Shown: positions 9,873 to 18,519 of the stretch, in pieces | Layout of the letters: every line of letters starts with the position of its first letter | Numbering within the stretch: position 1 is the first letter of the stretch | Assembly (NCBI GenBank): GCA_965226495.1 | Contig: OZ245365.1 | Location: 2,912,001 to 2,976,000 of the forward strand | Direction of reading: 5' to 3' | Source of the DNA: Candidatus Marinacidobacterales bacterium | Lineage (GTDB): Bacteria; Acidobacteriota; Vicinamibacteria; Marinacidobacterales; DATDRI01 | Length of the DNA stretch: 64,000 nt | Notes under the pieces: model-generated | Told to the model about the DNA's origin: nothing | Databases searched by the model: none | Seen by the model: only the letters and a program-made list of their open reading frames with translations | Made by a program: the position numbers and the translations under genes

Positions 9873-11009
9873 CTAGAGCGTTTCGATAAGACGCGCGAGC
9901 AACGCCGTGCGGCGGGGCAACTCGTCGATCAAGAGGTGCTCGTTACGGGCATGGGCTCCGTCGCCGACTGCCCCCAACCCATCTAGAGTGGGGACCCCTA
10001 GTCCGGCAGTGATATTCCCGTCCGAGCCGCCCCCCGCCGAGCCCTCTTCGAGCTCGAAACCGATCTCTTCCGCCAGCGAGCGGGCTTTTTGATAAAGAGC
10101 GACGACGGCCGGCGACCGCTCAAGGGGAAGCCGGTCTATTCGCCCCTTCACATCGAGCTCCGCTCCCTCCAGAAACGGACGCACGTTCAAAACCCTTTCT
10201 TCCATCTCCCGAGCATCCGCCACCGTCGATACCCGCACATCAATCTCGGCATCGGCGTCGCCGGCGATGACGTTGCTACGCGTTCCGCCTCGGACCAATC
10301 CGACGTTGACGGAGATTCCCCGGTCGAGGTCGGTCAGCTCGTGGAGAGAACGAATCTGGCGAGCCAACTCCTCGATAGCACTCAGCCCCTTCTCTGGATC
10401 CAGTCCGGCGTGAGCTTCACGCCCTTTCACGTGGAGCCGAAAGATGCCGCCACCTTTGCGAAACGTCTTGAGCTTACCGTTAGGAGGAAGCGATGGCTCG
10501 AGCACGAGTGCAACACGGCTGCGGCGGGCTTCCTCTTCTATATAGGGGCGCGAGCTCAGGCTTCCGACCTCTTCGTCCGAGTTCACCAGGGCGGTGACTC
10601 CGGTAGCGGCTCGCCCCGCCTCGGAGAGAGCCCGTAAAGCAAAGACCAATTGAACCAGCCCGCCCTTCATGTCGAACGTTCCCGGTCCGTGGGCAATACC
10701 GTCCTCGATACGAAACGGGAGCTCCCGAAGAGTACCCAACTCCCAAACCGTGTCCAGGTGGCCGAGGAGCAAAATCTGTCCCTCGGGTGCCGAATCACCT
10801 AGAGTGGCTCGCAGATGGTTTCCGAAACGCTCGTCCGGAAGTTCCGACACCTTTGCCCCGGAGGCCTCGAGCTCCTCCGCAAACACCTTCCCCACCGCGT
10901 CGACCGATTGCTTGTCGGTGCTGGGAGATTCCATTTCTACCAACCGCTTCAACAGCGCTAGCATGGAATCGCGCTGACTCTCTAACCACGGCAGAAGTTC
11001 GCTCGACAT
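9873..11009 (-). CDS. M20 metallopeptidase (glutamate carboxypeptidase-like)
   Basis: GHLDTV, GTFDMKGG, SDEEVGS, GGGSDGN, GAHARNE; start ATG 11009. Confidence 0.92.
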   Translation of the reverse strand: MSSELLPWLESQRDSMLALLKRLVEMESPSTDKQSVDAVGKVFAEELEASGAKVSELPDERFGNHLRATLGDSAPEGQILLLGHLDTVWELGTLRELPFRIEDGIAHGPGTFDMKGGLVQLVFALRALSEAGRAATGVTALVNSDEEVGSLSSRPYIEEEARRSRVALVLEPSLPPNGKLKTFRKGGGIFRLHVKGREAHAGLDPEKGLSAIEELARQIRSLHELTDLDRGISVNVGLVRGGTRSNVIAGDADAEIDVRVSTVADAREMEERVLNVRPFLEGAELDVKGRIDRLPLERSPAVVALYQKARSLAEEIGFELEEGSAGGGSDGNITAGLGVPTLDGLGAVGDGAHARNEHLLIDELPRRTALLARLIETL

Positions 11010-11082
11010 AGTTTTTACTCGGGAGGCAATGCTAGCAGAGAGAAGGCTGGTGGAAAAGCGCTTGGCCGGGAGGACTCGCCCA

Positions 11083-11790
11083 CTAGAGACGGATGGTGAA
11101 ACGGTTTCCCTGGAACTCGAGCTCGACGGCCCGGTCGAGAATCTTGATGACTCGCGCCCCTTCGATGATATCTCCCTCGAAGACCCGCTGGTAATTGACG
11201 ACGGCAACCGGCTTGCCGTCGATCACGGAAGTTCCCTGTAGAGCGAGCGGCCGGAGGTCGACAGGTGGTTTCTCCTGCTCGGCTTCAGGGTTGGGTGGGC
11301 TAGATCGTTCTGTGGCGCCGCGGCCGACGAGCTTTACAGGAGGAACCAGCTCGGCAAGCACGTCGGCCTCCACCAGCCCCGCCTCGGGGAGTGTCCCGGG
11401 TTCTATCACTCCGGTCGAACTGGCCTCGACAGTCAAAACCTCACGCGAGGACTTCTTCGGAGCGAGTCTCCGTTTATCGGCCTTATCGGGGCTGCCAGCG
11501 TCATCCGTGCCATTACTGATGGACGCGGGAGTTTCCCCGGGAGAAGACTCCACGGGTTGCGGCTCGCTGGCACCGGCGGCCGCCTCGCGCGTTTCCAGCT
11601 GGAACGATCGGAAAAGCGCAACCGAGGCTAGACCGAAGGTCACGATCGCGAGAACCAGAATGGCTCCCCACCCCCAACTGCCCGCCCATCGCGACTCGCC
11701 CCAGACTCGACCACCTTGCATGACGATACCTTCTTCGGCGACGTCGCTCTTTCGATCGACCTTTTTGAGGGCATCTAGTATGAAGCTCAT
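11083..11790 (-). CDS. GspB/ExeB-like secretion accessory protein
   Basis: MSFILDALKK N-terminus, one TM, C-terminal AVVN...EGD.IEG domain. Confidence 0.8.
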   Translation of the reverse strand: MSFILDALKKVDRKSDVAEEGIVMQGGRVWGESRWAGSWGWGAILVLAIVTFGLASVALFRSFQLETREAAAGASEPQPVESSPGETPASISNGTDDAGSPDKADKRRLAPKKSSREVLTVEASSTGVIEPGTLPEAGLVEADVLAELVPPVKLVGRGATERSSPPNPEAEQEKPPVDLRPLALQGTSVIDGKPVAVVNYQRVFEGDIIEGARVIKILDRAVELEFQGNRFTIRL

Positions 11791-11794
11791 AACT

Positions 11795-13390
11795 CTAGAA
11801 TAGACGCGGCACCGGGTATCGACCCGAGCGGCTATAAAGAGCCATACGGGTCTTGGGACCCACGATTCGATCGGGAACGAGGTAGTTGGAACTTTGGAAA
11901 CGCCCCACTGCCGCCCGGAGCGTGGGCGGCAGATCTGATTCCACAGTCAGGTAACCAAGCTTTTGGAGACTCTCGTTGACCCACGCGGTATCGGTGAACG
12001 ACGCCCCTTCGAACTCTTTCCAAAAAACGAAGGCCTTCCGCACCCAGAAGCGGTTCAGGAGCGACACCGGGATACGCACCGAGTCGTCGGGAGCGAAGGA
12101 AAGGACCGCGGTATCTCCCTCCAAGGCGGTCAGAGCGGCGTAGACCGTATCTTCGCGAGAGGTATGAAAAAGCTCCACCACCACCGGCAAGTTGAGCCGT
12201 CGTATCTGTTCGAAGTGGGTGGTGAGCTCGGTGCCTTGGAGTCCACCTCGGCTCGCAATAGCCGGAAGATCTTCGTCTGGCGACAAGGCGTCGGCTCCGT
12301 CGACTGGGGCATCCCACAAATCGAGCAACACTGCCGCGGCTCCCCTTCGAGTGAGAGGGCGCGAAAGCGTGCCGATGCGCCGATCGAAATCCCTCTCCGA
12401 GAGTCCTCCCGCCGTGGGGCCGGCCTCACTTTCGCTCATGTCGGCGGCTTCGACCAACTCCTTAGCCCCAGGAAGAAACGCCACGTCCCCTCGCAAAAGA
12501 TTCAACCCGACCGCCCCCAACACAATGGCCACCAAAGCGGCCCCTCGAAGGCTCCATGAGTGATACCAGCGCCTCCCCGCCAAATGTACGAGGTCGAGCT
12601 CGCCGATCGCCCGTTTCACAAGGGCAGCGTCTATTTCCCTTCGGCTAAGGACGAAACATGCCAGAAGCACTCGATCGCATAGCAGGTTGATTAATCGAGG
12701 AAGCCCTTTGGAAAACCGATGAATGCTGCGAAGCGCTCCCGGCGTAAAGGAAACTTTTCCCACGCCTCCCGCCACATAGAGACGATGACGGATGTACTCG
12801 ATGGTCTCGTCTCTATTCATCGGGTTGAGGTGATAGCGAGCGGTCACGCGCTGCGCGAGCTGTCGGAGGTTCTTTCGCGAGAGCAGGGTGTTGAGCTCGG
12901 ACTGCCCGATCAAAACGATCTGAATAAGCTTTTCCGTCGTCGTCTCCAGATTGGAGATCAGACGGATCTGTTCCAGCACCTCAGGCGAAAGATTTTGGGC
13001 CTCGTCGATGACCAAAACGATGTTCTTGTCGGCCTCCCTCGCCTCCAAAAGGAACCGGTGGAGCGCGTCGACCAGATCCTTGGCCTCCTCTCCGTTGGGT
13101 GTAATTCCCAAGTCGTCATTGATGGAGCGCAAAAGCTCGAGGGCACCTAGCGCCGGGTAGAGAATGAAAGCGCTTAACGTGTTCTCGTCGAGCCCATCCA
13201 GGAAGTAGCGACAGAGAGTGGTCTTGCCAGTCCCGACCTCGCCGGTGACCACAACGAACCCGCCCCGCTGTTTGAGCCCAAAGTCTAGATGGGCGAACGC
13301 TTCGCTGTGTTTTGCCGAAAGGTAGAGAAAACGAGGGTCAGGAGTCAGGTTGAAGGGTTTTTCTCGAAACCCGAAGAAGCCTTCGTACAT
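11795..13390 (-). CDS. GspA/ExeA-like AAA ATPase with peptidoglycan-binding C-terminus
   Basis: FFGFREKPF, GEVGTGKTT, IDEAQNL, LIGQSEL; AVGRFQ...DRIVGPKT. Confidence 0.9.
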   Translation of the reverse strand: MYEGFFGFREKPFNLTPDPRFLYLSAKHSEAFAHLDFGLKQRGGFVVVTGEVGTGKTTLCRYFLDGLDENTLSAFILYPALGALELLRSINDDLGITPNGEEAKDLVDALHRFLLEAREADKNIVLVIDEAQNLSPEVLEQIRLISNLETTTEKLIQIVLIGQSELNTLLSRKNLRQLAQRVTARYHLNPMNRDETIEYIRHRLYVAGGVGKVSFTPGALRSIHRFSKGLPRLINLLCDRVLLACFVLSRREIDAALVKRAIGELDLVHLAGRRWYHSWSLRGAALVAIVLGAVGLNLLRGDVAFLPGAKELVEAADMSESEAGPTAGGLSERDFDRRIGTLSRPLTRRGAAAVLLDLWDAPVDGADALSPDEDLPAIASRGGLQGTELTTHFEQIRRLNLPVVVELFHTSREDTVYAALTALEGDTAVLSFAPDDSVRIPVSLLNRFWVRKAFVFWKEFEGASFTDTAWVNESLQKLGYLTVESDLPPTLRAAVGRFQSSNYLVPDRIVGPKTRMALYSRSGRYPVPRLF

Positions 13391-13428
13391 TGTAGTTGAC
13401 TCAGCAATATATCATGGGAGTCTAGGCA

Positions 13429-14202
13429 TTAGCACGAGGCCCTTACCAGCATCGCCCGCAGCCCGCAGCCGACCGCTGCCTCGAGGATCTCCACGTCCGG
13501 AAATCGATGGCTAGATATGACTGCGACCCGCGGGACTCCCGCCACTGGTCCTTTTGGCCCATCCTGCTCATCTGGGTCCGCTGCGGCATGAAAATGGAGC
13601 GCGAAACGGTAACAGGGAAAGGCGATGGGAACGGATGGTGACGGCGTCCCGCCCAGCAACAGTTGCGTTTCGGGCAGAGGCGTGAGGCCACCGCACACAG
13701 TGCAATAGTAGCGGGGATCGGGATGGGCAGGAGGTGAGCTCTCAAGAGGGTGCTCCTCCCCGCAGGGAGGACACACTTGGCGCGCGCCCTCCAAACCGTT
13801 CAGTCCGACCATCCTGAGCCTCTTGTAGCCTCGTACCTCTATTCTTTGTGTTTTGGCTGTCTTTGTGTTTTTGGCGGTCCCGACCCCAATGTCAGCCAGA
13901 GGCTCTCGCCCCGGCCGGCCGAGGTTGACATGGATCGCCTCCAACCCGTTGAGTTTTTCCGCACGCTCGCAAAACTCATCGAAGCTATCGGCCTCGAACG
14001 CTTGGCCTTCGCCGGGCGGCGGGTCGCCTGGTTTATCGGGCTCAGGTGGGTTCTCGCGCAGCGAGCCCCAGAAGGTTCCTCCCGTTTTGAGACCAAGCTC
14101 CAGGGTCCGATCCATTGCGTCGAGCAGTTGCGTCACTCGACCCGCCGAGGGCACGTAGTAGGCCTCTCTAGGGAACAGATAGAACAGAATCGGTTTCCTC
14201 AC
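13429..14202 (-). CDS. hypothetical protein with zinc ribbon
   Basis: CPPCG and CTVCG; start uncertain (GTG 14202 chosen). Confidence 0.55.
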   Translation of the reverse strand: MRKPILFYLFPREAYYVPSAGRVTQLLDAMDRTLELGLKTGGTFWGSLRENPPEPDKPGDPPPGEGQAFEADSFDEFCERAEKLNGLEAIHVNLGRPGREPLADIGVGTAKNTKTAKTQRIEVRGYKRLRMVGLNGLEGARQVCPPCGEEHPLESSPPAHPDPRYYCTVCGGLTPLPETQLLLGGTPSPSVPIAFPCYRFALHFHAAADPDEQDGPKGPVAGVPRVAVISSHRFPDVEILEAAVGCGLRAMLVRASC

Positions 14203-15232
14203 GGGCGGTTTCCGCCGCGTTGGGGGCTGTAAAAAGAAAATAATCGTAGGCATAGCGAGCGATGTTCGCGATAGCATTCTCCGCTTTGTCACGATCCTCG
14301 CAGCTCCGGCTGAGCACGGAGAGAATGACATGCCCTCGTCCTTGGGGGAGATAAATGATACCGACGTCGTCGACCGTGCCCCCGATAGTTCCCGTCTTGT
14401 GAGCCACCTCGACGGATTGGGGCAATAGGCCTCGGATTCGATTGACGCCCGTGTCGCACTTGAGCATGATGTCGACCATCCTTCTGCAAGACTCCGGGCT
14501 CGCGGCTTGGCCGAGGAAGATCTTTTCCAGCAAGAGATTCATTGCCGCCGGCGTGGCTGTATCTTGGATATCCGTCTCGAAGCGGGTGGCCGCCATCTCC
14601 AGCTCCCCGGGTTCCACCTGATAGTCATTGAGCTTCTTTTCGAGCTCTTCGTAGGTCAGACTATCCACATCCCACGCTTGGAACCCCATGTGATCCATAA
14701 TCAGCCGTTGGGTGCTCCGGCTTACGACTAATTCAGAGACCCCCAGTGAAGCGAGGCGCTGATTCACATTCTCGATCCCGACTCGCGCCAAGACGAGATC
14801 GGTGGCGCTGTTGTCGCTGATACGCATCATCAGGAACGCCAAGTTCTCCATCGAGAGAGAGACTCCCGGGACGATGAAGCGCTTGAGCTGGCCACTTCCC
14901 AGATGAAGGTCGAACCGGTCGAGCGACATCATTTCGTCCAGGCGAATCTTTCCCTCGTCCACCTGGTTGAAGAGCTCCACCAGAATCGCCACCTTGTAGG
15001 TGCTGGCCATCGGGTAGGACCGGTATCCGTTGACAACGAGCCATTCACCGGACTCGACGTGCTTGATGGCAACTCCCATGTCCCCCGACGAGCCGGCGAT
15101 GGCCTCTTCGACCGCCAGCCGCAGCCGATCGGTCCCGCCCTCACCGGCCACCGAGGTTTTGGCCAATAACAAGCAGAGGAAAAACGGCAATGCCCTCGTC
15201 AGCGTCTTCAAATGTACCCCCGGCGGAACCAA
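14168..15232 (-). CDS. class A beta-lactamase-like serine hydrolase
   Basis: signal peptide; STYK (SxxK), SDN, KTG; start uncertain. Confidence 0.88.
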   Translation of the reverse strand: MVPPGVHLKTLTRALPFFLCLLLAKTSVAGEGGTDRLRLAVEEAIAGSSGDMGVAIKHVESGEWLVVNGYRSYPMASTYKVAILVELFNQVDEGKIRLDEMMSLDRFDLHLGSGQLKRFIVPGVSLSMENLAFLMMRISDNSATDLVLARVGIENVNQRLASLGVSELVVSRSTQRLIMDHMGFQAWDVDSLTYEELEKKLNDYQVEPGELEMAATRFETDIQDTATPAAMNLLLEKIFLGQAASPESCRRMVDIMLKCDTGVNRIRGLLPQSVEVAHKTGTIGGTVDDVGIIYLPQGRGHVILSVLSRSCEDRDKAENAIANIARYAYDYFLFTAPNAAETAREETDSVLSVP

Positions 15233-15329
15233 TGGGCTATGAATGGATAAACCATAGTAGGTCAGACCAATGGGCTAGCACAAGCCCCCGTGAGTCACGT
15301 CGCTGTGGAAAGACTCATAGGTGTAGAGC

Positions 15330-16729
15330 GGTCAAGTCTTAATTTTCCTGTCAAATCTCCGTACGGTTCCCCGCGCTCGGTTAAGCTGCTGATTCCTTCG
15401 ACGTGCCTTGCGGGAGAAGCTCGTTGCGAAGCTCCTCGACTTTCCTAGCGGCGAAGACATCCATCCTCACGCCGCGCCATTTGTTTGCGACGGCCAAGAG
15501 CACAGCGAACGAGAGTTTCATCGCGGCCTCCTCGGTGAAGAAGTGAGGAATGACCTTTGTGCGACGTTTGTGCTCTCCGAACGTGCGCTCAAGTAGATTC
15601 GACGTGCGAAGCCTTTTGTGATGCGCCGCAGGAAGGCGTAGCGCCTGAAGACACGCTTCGAGGGTCTCTTCCATGCACTTCATCGCGCTCGGGAATCGTT
15701 GACGGTACCGAGCGATCACCTCCCGACCCTTCTTCAGCCCTTGCTCGTAGCTGTTCGCATGGAACGACTCAAGGATGGCCGCCTTGAGTTCGTCGCGCAC
15801 TTCCTTCGGAGCCTTGCCCAGGATGTTCTCGAGGCGGTGCTTCTGGCAACGTTGCTTGAGGCTTCGAGGGAAGACCTCTGCGATCGCTTTGAGCACTCCA
15901 GGATTCCCGTCCGTCACGATGAGCAACGGCTCCCTCATTCCTCGGGCCACCATCTCCTGCAAGAACCCCTTCCAGTTCTCGTAGGATTCTCGGTTGCCGA
16001 CACCGATATGAAGAAGAACTCGCGTCCCATCAGCGCGATAGCCGGTCGCAACGAGGATGGGCTCTTTCCTCTCCGCTCCTTGGTGGTAGCGCAGGTACGT
16101 GCCGTCGAGCTCGAGATACAACAGCTTCTCGTTCGAGAGATCCCGTTTTCGAAACGCCTCGAAATCCTCCGACAGACACCGTGTGACCCGGCTCACCACC
16201 GACTTCGAGACACCCGTGCCGCTCAGCACGTCCGCGAACGTCGCCTCAATGTCACGCGTCGACATCCCGTGGACGTACATCCGCGCGATCAGTTCATCGA
16301 GTTTCTCGGTCCGGCTCACGTAGGCGTCGAGAATCTTTGACTGAAACACCTTCTCTGTTTCTCGTACCTGCGGCACTTGCACCGTTACCGCTCCCTCGCC
16401 CGTGAGGACCCGATGCGACTCATACCCGTTGCGTCGTCCCTTCTCCTTCGTCGTTGCCGGAGCGTTCTCATAGTAGTTTCGACCCAACGCCTCCGTCACC
16501 TCGCGCTCCAACGCATATTGAAGCATCATCTGAGCTCCCGACCGGACGATCTCCGAGAGATTCATCTCCCCAAATACCAGTTGTTCCTCGAACTGCTTGA
16601 GCAATCGCTGACTCGGTAGTACCTTTCCCATGATGTATGGTTCTCCTTTTCTGTCCCCATGACGGGGACGGGTTTGAGCTTGGGGAACCATACATCGTTT
16701 TTCTTTGACAGGAATCTTAAGACATCACC
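15330..16729 (-). mobile_element. IS256-family insertion sequence (1400 bp)
   Basis: 26-bp terminal IRs (15330-15355, 16704-16729; 4 mismatches); no flanking direct repeat seen. Confidence 0.9.
15381..16631 (-). CDS. IS256-family (mutator) transposase
   Basis: RNGY, GMSTRDI, LDGTY, VTDG, QRCQKH, TSNLLER; AAGGAG RBS. Confidence 0.95.
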   Translation of the reverse strand: MGKVLPSQRLLKQFEEQLVFGEMNLSEIVRSGAQMMLQYALEREVTEALGRNYYENAPATTKEKGRRNGYESHRVLTGEGAVTVQVPQVRETEKVFQSKILDAYVSRTEKLDELIARMYVHGMSTRDIEATFADVLSGTGVSKSVVSRVTRCLSEDFEAFRKRDLSNEKLLYLELDGTYLRYHQGAERKEPILVATGYRADGTRVLLHIGVGNRESYENWKGFLQEMVARGMREPLLIVTDGNPGVLKAIAEVFPRSLKQRCQKHRLENILGKAPKEVRDELKAAILESFHANSYEQGLKKGREVIARYRQRFPSAMKCMEETLEACLQALRLPAAHHKRLRTSNLLERTFGEHKRRTKVIPHFFTEEAAMKLSFAVLLAVANKWRGVRMDVFAARKVEELRNELLPQGTSKESAA

Positions 16730-16780
16730 TAAGATCCGAGGTAGCGTGCACCGTCACAAGAGGACTGATAAGGTGGTCGA

Positions 16781-17662
16781 ATGAAAGGACGCGGCGTGTG
16801 TCCAAAGCGACGATCGCGGCCAATATTCAAAGTCGGGGTCTGGGCCGCGTATTTCGTGACAACGTTCTTTGTGAGCTGCCAGGCCCCAGAAGCGGAACCG
16901 GTCCTGGGTGACCTCGAGAGCTCCCTCCAGCAAGGATTTGCAGAGGGAAAGCAAACATTCGACCATAGCGGCTGGAACGAGATACTCGGCCAGTACGCTA
17001 AAGAAGACGGTCGAAAATTCGACTACCAGGGCCTGAAAGCCGATGAGGTTAGACTAGACGAATACCTCACCGCCTTGGCCGAGGCGGAACTTCCCGCTTT
17101 TTCCAAACAAGAACTGCTTGCTCTCTTCATCAATGCGTACAATGCTTATACGGTCAAGACAATCCTCGACAATGTGTCAGCACAAGGCGAATACGAGGTC
17201 GAAAGCATCCGTGATATCCGCAACGTCTTCGACCGAGAGGAGCACGTAGTCGGTGGTTTCCGCCTGAGCCTCAACAACATCGAACACAACGTACTCCGGC
17301 CCTATTTCAGAGATCCCAGAGTCCATTTTGTCGTCAACTGCGCGTCCACTTCATGCCCCCCGCTTCCCGTAGTGGCGTTCACCGGCGAGGCGGTCGAAGA
17401 ACAGCTCGAAACGGAAACCCGAAGAGTCTTGTCTTCCCCAGACTTTATTCGCGTCGAAGAGGACCGGCTGCTCGTCACGAAGATCATGGATTGGTATGGC
17501 TCGGACTTCGTAAAGGAGGGCTACCTGGGCGCGGAGAGACATCTCTCCGACTACATCAAGAAGTACACTCGGGAGGATGTACGAGCATGGGTCACCTCTC
17601 AGGCATCGCCTCCCAAGCCGAAATTCATGAAGTACGATTGGTCGCTCAATCGAACCTCCTAA
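16781..17662 (+). CDS. DUF547 domain protein (exported)
   Basis: INAYNA, LNNIEH.LR, DPRVHFVVNCASTSCP, YDWSLN. Confidence 0.9.
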   Translation: MKGRGVCPKRRSRPIFKVGVWAAYFVTTFFVSCQAPEAEPVLGDLESSLQQGFAEGKQTFDHSGWNEILGQYAKEDGRKFDYQGLKADEVRLDEYLTALAEAELPAFSKQELLALFINAYNAYTVKTILDNVSAQGEYEVESIRDIRNVFDREEHVVGGFRLSLNNIEHNVLRPYFRDPRVHFVVNCASTSCPPLPVVAFTGEAVEEQLETETRRVLSSPDFIRVEEDRLLVTKIMDWYGSDFVKEGYLGAERHLSDYIKKYTREDVRAWVTSQASPPKPKFMKYDWSLNRTS

Positions 17663-17744
17663 TCTGGCTTTCTTCCCCAGGCGGTCCTGCTGACCCCGAC
17701 GCTTGCCCCGCTCCGCCTCGCCGGACTAATATCACGCCCTTAAA

Positions 17745-18488
17745 ATGAAGAAGCCGTTCCGGGATGCCCTCGGTCGCATAGAACAAGAGCACTGGTGGTA
17801 CCGAGGCCGACAAGTCATCCTCGAACGCGCCATGGACCGGTTCGTCGGGAATCCAGAGCGCTCCCTTGCCATCGGAGTCGGCGCGAGCCGCGAAGCAGAA
17901 ATGCTCTCCAAGAGAACGCACCTGGTAGCGGTGGATCGTGAGGAAATCAATCGGCGGTCCGCCGAGGTGGCGATGGGCGTCCAGACCGACGCCGCGCTTC
18001 TCCCCTTTTCGGATGCCTCTTTCGATGCCGTGTTCATCTTCGATGTACTCGAGCATATCGATGGAGATGATGTCGTCGTCGAGGAAATTCGACGAGTGCT
18101 CCGGCCCGGCGGTGCGCTACTGATCACCGTCCCCGCGTTCATGTTCTTGTTCGGCCGCCAAGATCGAATGAGCGATCATAAACGCCGCTATCGCCGCCGG
18201 ACACTAGTGAAACTCGTGAGTGAACACGGCTTGGAGGTTCAGTACTGCACGTACTTCAATGCGTTGCTATTTCCTCCCATTGCGGCCGCCCGCGTGGCAC
18301 GCCGCTGGCTGCGGCTTCCCGATCGAAACGAGAAGACCGACTTCGACATGCGGCTCCCCGGTGTGGTCGAGCGCCTCTTGGAGCGCTTGCTGGCCCTCGA
18401 AAGCCACGCGATCGATCGCGTGTCGCTCCCTTTCGGAGTGTCGTTACTTTGCTCGGCCCGACGCTCGCCCGATCGGGCGCCGACGTAA
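17745..18488 (+). CDS. class I SAM-dependent methyltransferase
   Basis: HWWYRGR, DVLEHI, TVPAF, HKRRY; paralogous to 43724-44479. Confidence 0.88.
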   Translation: MKKPFRDALGRIEQEHWWYRGRQVILERAMDRFVGNPERSLAIGVGASREAEMLSKRTHLVAVDREEINRRSAEVAMGVQTDAALLPFSDASFDAVFIFDVLEHIDGDDVVVEEIRRVLRPGGALLITVPAFMFLFGRQDRMSDHKRRYRRRTLVKLVSEHGLEVQYCTYFNALLFPPIAAARVARRWLRLPDRNEKTDFDMRLPGVVERLLERLLALESHAIDRVSLPFGVSLLCSARRSPDRAPT

Positions 18489-18519
18489 CCCTAGTTCTCA
18501 GACGCTAAGCGTCGGAGTG

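Noticed and set aside
15228-15277. 12-bp direct repeat ACCAATGGGCTA upstream of the beta-lactamase-like gene
   Set aside because: Both copies are on one side of the IS, so it is not a target duplication; no further support.
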